Part shown: positions 13,828-27,535 of the stretch, one piece after another | Numbering within the stretch: the stretch's first letter is position 1 | How the letters are laid out: the number at the start of each line of letters is the position of its first letter | NCBI GenBank assembly: GCA_964016885.1 | Contig: OZ024743.1 | Coordinates: 2,666,001-2,730,000, forward strand | Direction: 5' to 3' | Origin: Eledone cirrhosa | Taxonomy: Eukaryota | Length of the DNA: 64,000 bases | Program-made: the position numbers and the translations under genes | Notes under the pieces: generated by a model | Databases searched by the model: none | The model's input: the letters and a program-made list of their open reading frames with translations, nothing else | What the model was told of the DNA's origin: nothing

Positions 13828-16800
13828 ATCATCATCATCATCGTTTAACGTCCATCTTCCACGCCTGTCTGGCGGGTTTTCTTCGGCTGGATGCTCTTCC
13901 TAACACCAACCACGTTTACTGTGTGGACTGGGAGGTTTTTACCGTATTACCTACACGGCCACATTACAGCGTGGGCTGTGTGTTTTTTTGTCGTGACACC
14001 TACACGACCTCATTTGTTTCGGACTGGATGTTGTGGTACCAACATAACTTTACATTGAAAGGGGTAGTGTGGATGGGGTGGGGGTAGTGTGACGGGGGTG
14101 TATTTTGTTAGAGGTGCCTTCTGACTGTAGTAGGTTTCACTTTGTACTTAGGTCAAACGGGTCTTCTGTATTACTGATATACCTTCTCCAAAGATCTCGG
14201 TCCAGTGACATTGTCTTGGAGAGGTGTAAGTGTGTGAAGTCGGAATTTATCAAGTCGTCCCAGGTTTTTCTGGGTCTGCCTACTCCACGGCTACCGTCTA
14301 TTTTTATTGCCCTGCACTTTTTTATACAGCTGTCTTTCATGCGCATCACGTAACCATACCAACGTAGTCTTCTCACGAGTAAGCATCTGATCCCTCTTAT
14401 TTCTAATTTTTCCCTTAGTTCGTTTATGCTTTGCCGTTCACGTATATTACTATTACACATCCAGCGGAGCATGCAAGCTTCGTTTCTCTCCAGTCTGCAT
14501 ATATCCTCTGCATACAATGCCCAGGTCTCACTGCCATGTAACATTGCTGTTCGTATGCAGGCATCATACAGCCTGCTTTTCATTTTTAGAGAGAACCCTT
14601 TAGCGGCTAATAGTGGTATAAGCTCTCTGAACTTTTTCCATTCAGTTCTGACTCTAGCTACTGTACTTTCAGTGCACCCTCCACCACTGCTGATTTTGTC
14701 ACCCAAGTAACAGAAGGTGTCCACTATTTCTATAGAACCATCTGTGCAATGGAATGAGCTAGTATTATGTGAGCACTTGCTGCTACTTTTTGCACCAGAG
14801 CACCGGCCACATGTAAAATCTATGTTCTTAGTTAGCTTATCTGTGGTCCCACTACATCTTTTATGCACCCATACTTTGCATTTGGGACATAAAATGAAGT
14901 TTCTACCTACTCCTTTCCTACACACTGAGAAATGGCTATTTCCCGGATGGGACCAGTGCCCTATTTTCCTTCCTACAAACTAGAACTTTAGTCTTAGACA
15001 GGTTAATTTTAAGGCCTTTTGATTCTAGGACATGCTTAGATGTTTGGAATTTCTTCTCTAGTTCGGCCATTGATTCAGCTATGAGCGTCAGATCATCTGC
15101 GTATAGGAGTTCCCATGGGCAGCCGGTCTTGAACTCCTCTGTTATAGCCTGAAGGACAATAATAAATAGTAAGGGGCTAAGAATGGAGCCCTGATGAACA
15201 CCAACTTTTACGCTAAACTCTTCACTATATTCGTTGTTAATTCTAACCTTGCTGACTGTTTCTTTATACATGGCTTGTATAGCTCTCACAAGCCATTCAT
15301 CAACACCTAGTTTTCTAAGAGCCCACCAGATGATGGAACGCGGGACTCTGTCAAAGGCTTTCTCCAAGTCGACACAAGCTAAGTATAGGGGTTTACTTTT
15401 AGCTAGGTACTTCTCCTGTAGTTGTCGTACAATGAAAAGAGCGTCTGTGGTACTTTTGCCTGACACAAACCCGAACTGCATTTCATCTAGATCAATTCTC
15501 TCTCTGATTAGTTGCGCTATTACTTTTTCCGTGACCTTCATGACCTGGTCGATTAATTTAATGCCTCTATAGTTACTCCTATCTAGGGCATCTCCTTTAC
15601 CCTTGTAGCACTTAATGATGATGCTGCTACGCCAGTCCTTCGGAACAACCCCATTCTGTATGACTTGGTTTACTATCCGGGTGACCATGGTGTGTCCCAC
15701 CGTTCCAGAAGCTTTCAGCATTTCAGCAACTATTTCCGATGGCCCAGCCGCCTTACCCGTCTTCATATCTTTGATTGCCTTACTTATTATACTACCTTCG
15801 ACTAACGCTGCTGGTCCCTCTATTGGATCGATGTGGGGGAGACTGTCTTTCTCCCATTTATTCTCCTCATTTAGTAGCCTTTCGTAGTGACACTTCCAAG
15901 CTACCTTCTTATCAGCGTCAGTGATGGCAAGTACACCATCATCATTAAGGACACACTTCTCCTCGACAATATCACGGTTTTCCTTGACACATTGCCTAGC
16001 AATCATGAACACTTCACGTTTTTGGTCCTCGCGTTGTAGAACATGCTTGAACTTTCTTTCCTCTGCTTCCCTTCTTGCGAAGTACACTTGTCTCCTAGCT
16101 TCCCTCCTGGCCACTTAATAGTCTTCTCTACTTCCCCCATCCCGCCATATTTTCCAAGCCTGCTTTTTGGCCTTGACTCCTCCACCTTACTGTTCCACCA
16201 CCACGTTACTCTCCTCCTGCCTATAGGCCTGCTCCAGCCACAGACTTCATCTGCCGCCATCAGCAGGTTTGCTTTCAGGAATTCCCACTGTTCCTCAATA
16301 TTGTACGACTCTAAATGCTCTTCCTTACTGTCGAAAGCATCAAGTAATATGCTTTTAAATTTATTACTGACTGTAGGGTCCTTTAGCTTTCATATTTTTC
16401 TCCTGAGGATAGTCCTCTTCTGTTGTCGAGTACGTCTCGTCCTAACTATGAGGTCGCTAATTATCAGTCTATGTTGGGAGGTGCATTGTTCATGGGGGAG
16501 GGATTTAGTGTTTACAACAGACACTCTGTCACGTCTTCTGGTAAAGATATAATCTTCCTGGCTGGTATGTTCCCCTGATCTGTAGGTGATCAAGTGATTG
16601 TCTCGTTTTTTGAAGTTAGTGTTACAGATAGTTAGGTTATTTGTGTTACAGAATTCCAGGATCTGGAGCCTTCCTCATTTCTAGTACCAAACCCATAGCC
16701 TCCGTGGATTCCGTCACAATGTTGTCCAACGTGACCATTTAGGTCACCAGCAATAATTATATAGTCACTGTCGGTTATTTGGGAGGTAGTGAGCATCAGT

Positions 16801-17290
16801 GTTTCATAGAATCTGTCTTTTATAGCGCCAGGCAGTCCGGATTGGGGTGCGTACACAGATATTACGTCTATAATCTTATCCACCCATTTTTCTGCTAACA
16901 TGATTCCTACTCCACCCAGCCCATTGTCATTTCCCACCCAGAAAAGCTCATAGCATCATTTTTTACCCACAGTGAATCTAGCAGACCCGCCCCTCCACCT
17001 GGTCTCTTGGATAGAGCAAACATCAACCTCCTTAAGTTCAAGCATTTCTCCAACCTCGTTAGAGCGGCCTTTTAAGGTGCCTACATTCATGGTACCAACT
17101 CTGAAGTTTTGGATTGCGTTTGGTGGGTGAGGGGGTGAGGTTGGGGTGATGTTGGCCATCCGCGGCCGAAACAAAGAGGAGGAGTCCTTGCCCTTTCGTC
17201 CAGCAGCATGAGGTGAATTAGTCGTTATCTTTGGCATTGTCTCCGAGTGTCCAGATTCTTCAGACTCTCCAGAAATTCCTTAGTCCAACC
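13828..17290 (-). mobile_element. Near-full-length RTE-clade LINE, frameshifted (APE endonuclease, RT, PHD-like Cys insert, 3' UTR, (GAT)n tail)
   Basis: The ORF pieces give APE motifs GTMNVGTL..IQETRW, VYAPQ and AGDLNGHVG; RT motifs NYRGIKL, QFGF, DLEKAFDRV, GVHQGSILSP and YADDL; a Cys insert C..C..WVHKRC..CGRC; and RRLRWYG..GRPRKTW. The 5' boundary is approximate. Confidence 0.93.
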
Positions 17291-17676
17291 ATCATATCGA
17301 AAAAGCAACCAGGAGAAGTGATAGCATAGGCCGTTGACTTATGATTGGTCCAAATAATAATGGTGGAGAGTGTGGGCGGGCGGGAGGGGTATGGGGTAGT
17401 TAGCGAGGAGAAGATTATTTAGAACAGTCAGACAGAATTATAGAATAGCATTAAGAAGTAGGATTTGGATTCTGGGCGATTATACAGATATATGGATGAA
17501 TGAACCGAAGGGTGGGGAGACAAGAAGAAAATGATATTTTTACATTACATTTCGTAGAAGTGGACTGACCATTAATAAGAGTTGACAAATTTTGAGATTC
17601 GTACCTCGTAACAGGTTTATTTATATTTGGTGAGAGTGTATATATATATATATACACATATGTATATATGTATATG

Positions 17677-17707
<31 letters not shown>

Positions 17708-18112
17708 GTGTGTATATATATATATATATATGTGTATATATGTATATATATATGTGTATATATGTATATATATATGTGTATATATGTATATATATATGTG
17801 TATATATGTATATATATGTGTATATATATATATGTGTATATATATATATGTATATATATATGTGTATATATATATATGTATATGTATATATGTATATATA
17901 TATATTGTTATATTTGGGGAGGGTCATATTTGCGTAATATTGCCAGAATTAATAACAGAACACACTCACTGTTTGGTTGGTTTTCGCTTCTCGCTGTCTT
18001 TTATATATATATATCTGCGATCTAACTTACTCGGTCCTCAATGTTGCCATTGACTGACCGGCGGTCAAAAATAATACAGATACAATATAGACAAACACAT
18101 ATATATATAGTT

Positions 18113-18157
18113 TACATAAATCTTTCGTTGCACATCTGCAACATCGTCAGTGGTGTT
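18113..18157 (-). ncRNA. Degenerate minimal hammerhead-like motif
   Basis: Minus strand: acca CTGACGA t GTTGCA gatg TGCAAC GAAA gatt TA tgt. Stem II is strong, while stems I and III are weak. Confidence 0.4.
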
Positions 18158-18317
18158 ATATTCATTGTTCCTCCTGTTGTGTTGTATGTCTACGCCATTT
18201 TTTTTTTGTTCAGTCTGTCTGTATATATATATATATATATGTATATACATATATACATATATACATATACATATATACATATACATGTATATATATATAT
18301 GATGATATATATATATA

Positions 18318-18545
18318 TCATCATCATCATCGTTTAACGTCCATCTTCCACACTTGCATGGGTTTGGACGGGAGTTTTCCCACTTGAGGCAAGAGTGGTT
18401 GACTTGCTCGCATAGGACTGTCTGGCGGGTTTTCTATGGCTGGATGCCTTTCCTAACACCAACCACATTTACAGTGTGGAACTGGGAGGTTTTTTTTGTC
18501 GTGACACCTACACGACCTCATTTGTTTCGGGCTGGGGGGGGGGGG
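18318..18545 (-). mobile_element. RTE 3' UTR copy
   Basis: Same sequence as 1580-1850. Other copies lie at 26911-27108, 32130-32277 and 39365-39885. Confidence 0.8.
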
Positions 18546-19149
18546 GGCATGCTAAAATTTACTGGGGTGTGCAGCTTCTAAAGTGGTTGCATAAATGACT
18601 TTTTAATGAGAAATATAGCACCTAATCATTTAACTCTTTTGATATCAAACCACCTGAAATCGCCCTGGATTTATGATACAAAATTTCTCGTTATAAAATG
18701 ATTGCCCATTCCTTCCATCATAATTTTATTTAAGAAATGTTTAAGCAATATCAGGCATGTGGCTTTGAGGTTAGAGAATTGGATTCACAATCCTGCAGTT
18801 GTGAGTTTGATTCCTGGACTGGGCAATGTGTTATGTCCTTGTACAAGACACTTTATTTCACATTGCTCTTTCTGACAGGCGTTGCAACCAGTAGATAGCA
18901 TCAGCAATGGAAAGACCAATGGTAACATTGTTTCTTTGGTCCGATTTGACAAGTACCACCCCACTTGGTATCCAAATGAGTCTAGGATCTTGTCGATTGA
19001 TTTGATCGATCAAATATCAGCTTAGTAATGAAGAGCTTAATCTTTTCACTGTCTGCTAAGAGTTACTCTTTACCTGCCTCCATATCCTCCATTTCTTTTT
19101 TCTTTTTATAAGGTGTGTGTGTGTGTGTGGGGGGGGGGGGGGAGTCCCC

Positions 19150-19710
19150 TAACACTCCTTTCAGTGAGTCCTGTCAGAAGTAACTGCCTCCAACTGATCC
19201 TGCTGGATCCCCCAAGCGAGACCAGCCAAGCTCATGGATGTGATCCAACCATGTTGCTCGTGGTCTATCCCTGGGTCTCTTGCCAGTTGGTTTAGCCTGT
19301 AAAATCTGCTTGGCAATTCTTTCCTGAGGCATTCTAAACACATGCTCATAGTATCATAGCTGTGATCTTTCAATTTGGAGAAGTAGCGGCTATACCTGGA
19401 GTGACTCTTTGATTTCCAAGCTACGCACTCTGTCAAGTAATGTTACTCCAAAGACCCTTTGGAGGAACCCCATTTCGGCCACTTGTATTTGCGATCATAT
19501 TCTTTCGGTCATTACTCAAGATTTATGACCTTAGGTTAGGGTTGGCACAAATACCGAATTGAAGATAGAGAGTTTGGCTTTTAAACCTTCCTCCCTTCTT
19601 TTGATTACTGAATGCTGAAGCTGGTGCATTATTGCACCAGCTCCTGCAATTCTTACAGTTAATTCAGCCTCCTGCCTTCCATACCTCATGAACAATATCT
19701 TCCATTTGTA
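19150..19710 (-). mobile_element. Decayed RTE/Expander-like LINE ORF2 3' fragment
   Basis: The minus strand reads AGAIMHQLQ..KAKLSIFNSVFVPTLT.GH.SWVMTER...RMPQERIAKQILQAKPTGKRPRDRPRTTWLD, with stops. A related fragment lies at 28255-28440 (+). Confidence 0.7.
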
Positions 19711-19719
19711 TCACTAATT

Positions 19720-21095
19720 CGCTTTACCGCATCTGTTTCTCTTCGATACATTGACCAATACTTTTGCTGTCCAAACCTTTCTTGGGTGTTTATATAAACA
19801 CACAGATACAGGAAAAGAGAAATAAGACTGTGTGATAATCATACCTTCAAAAGAATGAGCGACAACTGATGTGATATACACACACACACACACCACCCAC
19901 ACACACACTTCATTTTTGCATTTGTTTTGCAAGATTTCTTATCTGAAAACGGATTGTAACAGGTATTGTTATACTTTAAGACGGTCATGCTGCCAATAAA
20001 AACACATGCCCCTATTGGCTTAATAACCGGATGGTTGTTTGTTTATTGTCAAAGCTCTTTCATCACACATTCTGTTATCTCCTCGGTAACTTTATTTTGT
20101 GTCTCTCCTTTATTCTGTCCTACACCATCTTGTTTTTGTGTGCTGTGTATTTGAGATGTGAATGTGTTATATCCGGGTGGTTGTGTTTTTATTTATATGT
20201 TTATTTATTTGTCACTAGTTGGTTGCTTGTTCTATCTGTGCGTATCTGATTTGTTTTATTAGTTTGGTTCTTGTGTGTGTCTGTATGTCTTTGTATGTCT
20301 TTATCTTGTCCTTAATTACTAGTTGTGATGTTGTTGCATTTTCACTCATGTTTTCTGTTTAGTTTTGGTTGGAGTTTGTTTATGTTTGTTGCTTCTATAA
20401 TCTGTCAGAGCATTGCATCTTTTCTGTGTGTGGATATGATTTTTATTGCTATGTTTTCTTGTGTGTCCCCATGTTCCATTTTAGTATGTTGGTGGATTAC
20501 TAATGAGTTCTTCCCATTTTGGAATTCTCACCAGTGTTCATTTATCCTTTCTCCTATGCTACGGACTGTCACACCTATGTTAGTTATATACCTATTCCTA
20601 CACTGTCCCTCCATACATCTTATGCTATATACTACGTTCCTAGTTTTGCAGTTAATTTGCAGGCTACATTTCCTATCAGTGCAAGGATTTTTTTCAAAAG
20701 GATATGTTCTACTAAATCTAGAAGGGGTCTAGACAAACAAAAATTAAATATTAAGATAGTTGAACGACCAGGTATAAAAGCTCTAATTAGTAGAACATAT
20801 CCTTTTGAAAAAAAAAATAACCAGCACTGATAGGAAATGTATAGTCATACAAAGACATGCAGGTTGAACAAGCAACCAACTAGGGACAAATAAATATATA
20901 AATAAAAACACAAACACTAGGATATAATACATGCGCAACTCAAGTACACAACACACAAAATAACAAATTAGTCACTGAGGAGGTAACAGAATGTTATCTA
21001 GTTATCAAACCAACCAACTGGAAATTTGTAGTAAACTAAAGTGAAAACCAACAGGTGTGTGTTTCTATTGACAGCATGACCCTCCCAAAGTGTAA
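19720..21095. mobile_element. Decayed PLE 3' end (GIY-YIG plus pLTR) with an inverted second arm
   Basis: Minus strand 20340-20720 encodes NCKTRNVVYSIRC..IGVTVRSIGERINEH..IIEATNINKLQPKLNRKHE. Plus strand 20731-21095 repeats the linker (KIVERPG..RTYPF) and the pLTR in the opposite orientation. Confidence 0.75.
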
Positions 21096-21789
21096 TTATA
21101 TATATATATATAGTTTCATCAGTGTTTTTATATCATTTCCATGCTGGTATGGGTTGGTGGGGACTTTTTGAGGCAGTGTTTTACTGCTAGATGCCCTTCC
21201 TGATACTAACCCCTTGTGTCTCTTCATACGGCATAAAGGGAGACGTGTCACTATTCTAAACTCTATACACACAGTGTACATGCTTATTTGAAATATGAAA
21301 TAAAATAATTGCTAAAAGATTTAAATGCGATGGTAATAAATGATGGCAATGAAGTATGGTAAATGACATGGCAATAACAGAGTTAATAAAATGAGAAGCT
21401 CATAAAAGAACTATAAAAAATATTGAAATAAAAATAGAAAGTTTATGAAGTATGTGAGAGACTGATATTCCAAAATGTGCTTTTGCTATTGAGCAAAAAA
21501 GGCCATGAATTATCTCTATAAGATAGTTGTAAATAAAACAGGTATAACCCCTTGAAATAGAAAAAAAAGTTGAAAATCCTAGGTGGCTGTCCACTTTCTT
21601 CTGTCTCAATGGGTTATTTCCCTGATTTATTTACAATTATTTTATAGTGATAATGTATGCATCATGATTCTTTGCTCAATAGCAAAAACATACTTGAGAT
21701 ATTAGAATAAAGATCAGCTGCAAACAGCTCACTCTAAGCTATTCTATTCTATGCTTCCTTTTGACAAACTTATCTGTTTTCTGTATCCT

Positions 21790-22080
21790 GATTTTTGGAA
21801 TAAGTACACTGTATCCCTGTATGTCGTAAGAAGTGACTAAAAGGGTTGGTGTGAGGAAGGGCATCAAGTTTAGAATAAGTACACCATATCCCTGCATGTT
21901 GTAAGAAGTGACTCAAAAGGTTGGTGTGAGAAAGGGCATCCAGTTTAGAATAGATACACTGTATCCTTGCTTGTAATAAAGAGGCAACTAAAAGGATTGG
22001 TGTCAGGAAGGGTATCCAGCTATAAAACATTCTCAAAACATCCTATTCAACACATGACAATCATGTAAAAGTGGACATAA
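21790..22080 (+). repeat. ~75-bp tandem repeat (3 units) derived from the SINE/RTE tail
   Basis: The unit GAATAAGTACACTGTATCCCTG..GTAAGAAGTGACTAAAAGGGTTGGTGTGAGGAAGGGCATC is repeated. Confidence 0.75.
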
Positions 22081-22459
22081 AAAAATATCGTACTCACCTT
22101 ATTCCTCATTAACCTTTTTGTTACCATATTTCTAATGAAAGACACATGTACTCGTGATGTAATTGTCAAGGAGATTCAGCATGACACAGTATGACAGGGT
22201 TAACTCTTTGTATTATAGTTACTGTCCATCCAATGGGCTTCCAAACAATTTCTATCTCCAATTTAATTCACAAGACCAATGTCAATGCAAATCTATGGTA
22301 AATGACAATTGCCCAAGATGTCACATGGTGGACTTCAAGATTGTGAAGTGAACTTGTTAACTGTTCAACTATGCTATGTCTATATTATTTAATCACTCAA
22401 TAACTATAGATTTGTTGCATCAGTTATAACTATTTGCAATAATCTTCATATTGTTGCTT

Positions 22460-22716
22460 TACTCTTAACACCTTGTAATGATTTAGTAGAAAATATCTAA
22501 AAACAGGTTTGTTAATTCAAATGCTTATAGTATGTTTACTAATAGATGGATTGTTATGAAAAGTATTATCTCTTAGCATCTTGTAATGATTTAACAGATA
22601 ATATCTAAAAACAAGTTTGTTAATTCAAATATTTATAGTATCTTGACTAAGCAATCAGTATTGTTTTGTGCCTTTCAAGAATGACTTGCTAATATGATAC
22701 AGGGTGTTAAGAGTTG
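22460..22716. mobile_element. TTAA-type MITE family (TIR approximately CTCTTAACATCCTGTA)
   Basis: Related copies at 34803-34960, 50645-51145 (internally tandem), 52025-52303, 55298-55390, 55685-56220 and the window end. Ends read ...GATGTTAAGAGTTAA. Confidence 0.6.
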
Positions 22717-23879
22717 AGAAAAAAATGTTTACCCTCTTAGCCCCAACTTAAATTAAAGAAGGCAAAAAAGAGAGAATAAACGAAGTTTATTTCCCAATTA
22801 ATGTGTTATAAAAATTTAATTTTCAATGATACAGTTGTATGAATAATTGTTTCTACTTTTGGCACAAAGCCACAATTATCCCAGTGCATATAATCAGCAA
22901 CCACTGTTGCTGATTCAATGAACATATTTACAAGATTCATTTAAAATGTTTGTTTTTAATAAATGCATGTATTTATGTTGTTGTTTAACCCTAGGTTAAG
23001 CAAGATATACCTCCTTCCCGATCTGTCTGAGAGGTCAATACCTTGAATTAAGTTCTGATTAGGCCTGTGATGACCTCTCCAATGTTGCTTTTGAAGTCGA
23101 TTGATGGTGATTTGGTTGCTATTTCTAGCAGGTTGAGTAGCCACATAGAGGTTCTCTCATTGCATTGGTTGTAATGTACGTCTTTATGGTTTTCTTTGGT
23201 GTATTTCATAAGGCAGTTATCTGGAGGATTTGGATGTAGTATGGTTCCACAATCATTAGGTCATCCCACTGTATTGCATCTTGAGCAAATTTTTTTAACT
23301 ATAGCTGCAGGTTGACCCCAGTTTTCTGAGTGAAATTGGAGAGATGGAAATTGTTTGGAAACCCGTTGGATAGACTACCTGTAAATTCATGCTGAATCTC
23401 CCTTAGAATTAATTACATTAAGGAGTTCATATGTCTGTGGTGTGCTCAGCCACTAACATGTTAATTCCATTAGCAAACTGTTCCATTGATGGAATAACTG
23501 GAACACTCATTATGGAAACTTGTGGTCTATTCATTTGAATAATCTAATTGACTTAATAGATTAATTTTGACCTGAATTTTTAATCTTGTAGGTGGGTGAG
23601 TGTACATACATGCATGTATATATGTATCAAGTATCAACTCTCCATATTCCATAGATAACTGCTGGTATACAATATGTTGTCCACTGTAATTATTGCAAAA
23701 CTTGACTATAAACATTTGCCTTCATCTAAACAGGCTTTTAAGCTGCTATTTCCAGCTTATACAAAGTATTTTTGTTTTATTCATTGTTAGCTAATGTAAT
23801 ATACCTTATAATTTACTCTTTTACTGGTTTCAGTCATTAGACTGCAGCCATGTTAGGGTACCACTTTAAATTTTTTTTT

Positions 23880-24290
23880 GTTTCTAGTACACACTGTTAT
23901 GGGGTTGGCATTAAGAAAAGCATCCAGTTATAGAAACCATGCTCCCAGTACACACTGTAAAATGGTTAGCAGTAGGAAGGGCATCTAGTCATAGAAACCA
24001 TACTCCGAGTATGCACTGTAAACTGTTTGGCATTAGGAAGGGCATCGAGTCATAGAAACCATGCTCCCAATACACATTCTAAAGTAGTTGCCATTAAGAA
24101 GAGCATCCAGTTGTAGAAACCATATTCCAAATACACACTGTAAAATGGTTGGCAATAGGAAAGGCATCCAATCGTAGAAACTGGGCCAAAAACAGCACAC
24201 AAGCAAGAAGTGATCACCTGAGCAGTCAAACCTCAGTATATGATAACCTGTCTCAAGCAAACATGGAAAATAGACATTAGATGGGGATGA
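23880..24290 (+). repeat. ~61-bp minisatellite (5 units) from the RTE/SINE 3' tail
   Basis: The unit CCCAGTACACACTGTAAAATGGTTGGCATTAGGAAGGGCATCCAGTCATAGAAACCATGCT is repeated. Confidence 0.8.
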
Positions 24291-27219
24291 TAATGATAAC
24301 CTCAGTATTCATTTTACAAGTATGATATTTATTTTATTGGTCTTTTTGTTGATCTGCTAAGTTACAGGACATAATCACAGGCATGCTTACATACACGTGC
24401 AATCAGTAGAAACATTCTAGTGCTGGTACCAAAATAAAATGTACTCAGTACACACTGTAAAGTGGTTGATGATAGGAAAGCCATCCAGTCAAACAAAACC
24501 TACCAAACAGTTGAGAGGATTCTTCATTTGTGTCAAAGACATGGCAACCTCCCTTGTGCTGGTGTCATGGTAAAATGCACTCTCTGCTCTCTGTAGAGTG
24601 CAATAATGTATGTAAGCAAGATTCCCCCTACACACATATACTCACTTAGGTGTGAGCTGAACTGGTCATCATCCAAATAAATTCTTATTTGGAGTTAGTG
24701 GCAGGGTGGGGGACCATATGTTAGTACATTTCAAATTATTCTATGGTTGGATGCCTTTGCTAATGCTAACATCTTTACCATCTTTACAGAGTGAACTGGG
24801 TGCATTTCATTGTGGCACCATAACCGGACAAGTTGTCAAGTGTCCTCAAAAAAGCTAATGAGTCCTCTCTACTCTGCATTGTCCCTGTTCAATTGTTAGC
24901 CAATTTACAGAGTCTACTGGGTACATTTTATTATGGCACTAGCACTAGACAGGTTGTCAAGTCATTGACAAGACTAAAGAGTCCTTCATACCTTATGTTG
25001 ACTTCATGAAAATGATAACTGTTGAATATGTTTTTGGTTGAAATTTAAAACTTTTTAACATTTAGTTTCAAATTAAAATCCCACACTAAAAATTATTAAT
25101 GTGAAATTAAAGGATTTGACCAACATAACGTGATATTTGTGATATTTGTAACGCTTGTTGTTTAGCCCTAGGTCAGCCCTGATTAAGCAGCCTATGATCA
25201 AAAGCATTCCAACTTTGACCATCTAATCTTTTATTTCCAGGCATAGTATATCTAGGACTTCATTATCTATTGCCCTTTCTTTCTTTAAGAAAGAAGAGTT
25301 TGAATTTGGGGAAATTTGTCTGCAGGTGAAATGAGATTCTTGTTGGTTCAGTTATTGAGTTACGAACAAAGTTACAATTAGTTAACTTATTTTCCAGCTA
25401 CTAATGTCTTTGTTTTCTCACTTCTTTGACTTCTGATTGCAACAACATCCCAGCTACTAGTCTCTAAATAATGACTTTAAATCAGACAATTGAAAAGGAA
25501 ACCTGAAACTTGCATTTTGAATTCTACAAGGTTGTATCTTACAGGAGTTTTCTCTGATGTTTCAATGATAGGGCCTCCAGTCCCCTCATGAAAATGTTTC
25601 TTGGATCTTTTAATGATAGGGGCCCCAGTCCTATCATGTTGTTACAGCTCACACTTTTGCAAGTTTAGCTGACCTCCTATGAGGATGTTTCTTGGGTGTT
25701 TTAATGATAGTGGCCCCAATCCTATCAAGAAAAGCAATGTGAAATGAAGTGTCTTGCTCAAGAATACAATGCACTGCCTGGTCCTGGAATGGAATCCACG
25801 ATCATATAATCATGTATAACACCCTAACCACTAAGACATACATATTCATTTCTAAACAGTTGAATGACATTGTTTAACCTCCAGGTTAAAGAATGTCCAT
25901 GACTTGCCATATGTCAGGACAGTGCCCATATGACTCCATCAGGAGTTAAGGGTCCTTTATTTTTAACTACCATGACATACTAGTGTTACTTTGCCATTGG
26001 TCTCTCTCTCTCTCACATTGTCATTGAAATTTACTTGTATATCCTCTGTGTCTCTCTCTCTCTGTGCATCTTTGTCACTATAATCTCATTCGATCTCTTT
26101 CACTTTCTCTGTCTCACACACACATATGAAGGAAGTAGTGCCCCAGATTTGTTTCTTCTCAACATATCTTCTCTAGATAGCAGAAATTATCAATCAGTAC
26201 TCCTAAGTATTTGCTAATATACATAGCTGTTCTGGAATTATGATGGGAAATGTTCACTTAACATGACCTTTCCTCTATATTCTTTTCCTCAAAAGTTGTG
26301 AGCTATGGAATTTAAATGTGAAAGGATTAGTGTCTATCATCAACAAACATTTAGTGGAATTATGTAAATATATTTAAAAAAGCCTATCTTATAAAAATGA
26401 CGCTTACTTGATGACAGACGTGAAAATATTTTTGTGATTATTGTAATAAATATTGCATGAGATGTTGTCATTACTCCTTAGCTGAAGTCTTTTATTCTAT
26501 TGTGTGATGACAAGAAGATTTAGCCTTTATTGTGAGCTCATCTAATGCCAACTATTACACAATGGATATAGCTAGCTACAATGGCTGTATCTAGATGATA
26601 TTCTAGCATAGAAGAAAATGGTTCTCTGAAATAGTTGTGGTACTGGAAAGAAGTATTTGGAGGAAATGCCTGTGTAAGTGTGTCGATATATATGTCAGTG
26701 TATATGTGTGTCTGTGTATATGAGTATATTAGCATGGAAAATGGATGTTAAATGAATATGATGATGGTGATGAATCTATAATATTTGTATTTATACATAT
26801 ATGTCTGTATATGTGTTTGTAATATTTGTGTGCATTTGTATACACATGTATCTGTAATATGTGTACATATATATATGTATGTGCATGTGCCTGTATATAT
26901 ATATATATATATCATCATCATCATCATCATCGTTTAACGTCCATCTTCCACGCTTGCATGGGTTTGGACGGCAATTTTCCCACTTGAGGCAAGATTGGTT
27001 GTCTTGCTCGTATAGGACTGTCTGGCGGGTTTTTTACGGCTGGATACTCTTCCTAACACCAACCACGTTTACAGTGTGGACTGGGAGGTTTTTACCATGT
27101 TACCTACACATATATATATAGGAACCATCTTTACCATTGCTCCATCATTATGATGGGGCCTTGTTGTTTTTCTGTTATTACAATTTCTACTCAACATATG
27201 ATCTTTATATCATCTCTCT

Positions 27220-27354
27220 TTAGTTTTACTTGGGGCCCTCCTCTTCCTCCTTATCCATACCTATTTTCATTGGAACCTTCTTCTTTCTCTTCATGTCACC
27301 CTCAGTCTCATCCCTGCTTAGTTTTTCAGGCCCTCTTCTTGCTCTTCCTGTCAC

Positions 27355-27393
<39 letters not shown>

Positions 27394-27535
27394 CCTACCT
27401 AGTTTCTCAGGCCCTCTCCTTGCTCTTCCTGTCACCCTCTCTCTCATCCCTACCTAGTTTCTCAGGCCCTCTTCTTGCTCTTCCTGTCAACTTCACTCTC
27501 TCATCCCTATCTAGTTTCACTGGGGCCTTCTTCCT
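27220..27535. repeat. Pyrimidine-rich ~46-bp minisatellite with (CT)n
   Basis: The unit CTCATCCCTACCTAGTTTCTCAGGCCCTCTTCTTGCTCTTCCTGTCACC occurs 3-4 times. Confidence 0.8.

Noticed and set aside
23880-24200. Regularly spaced repeats resembling a CRISPR array
   Set aside because: The whole units are degenerate tandem copies with no unique spacers, the context is eukaryotic, and there are no cas genes.
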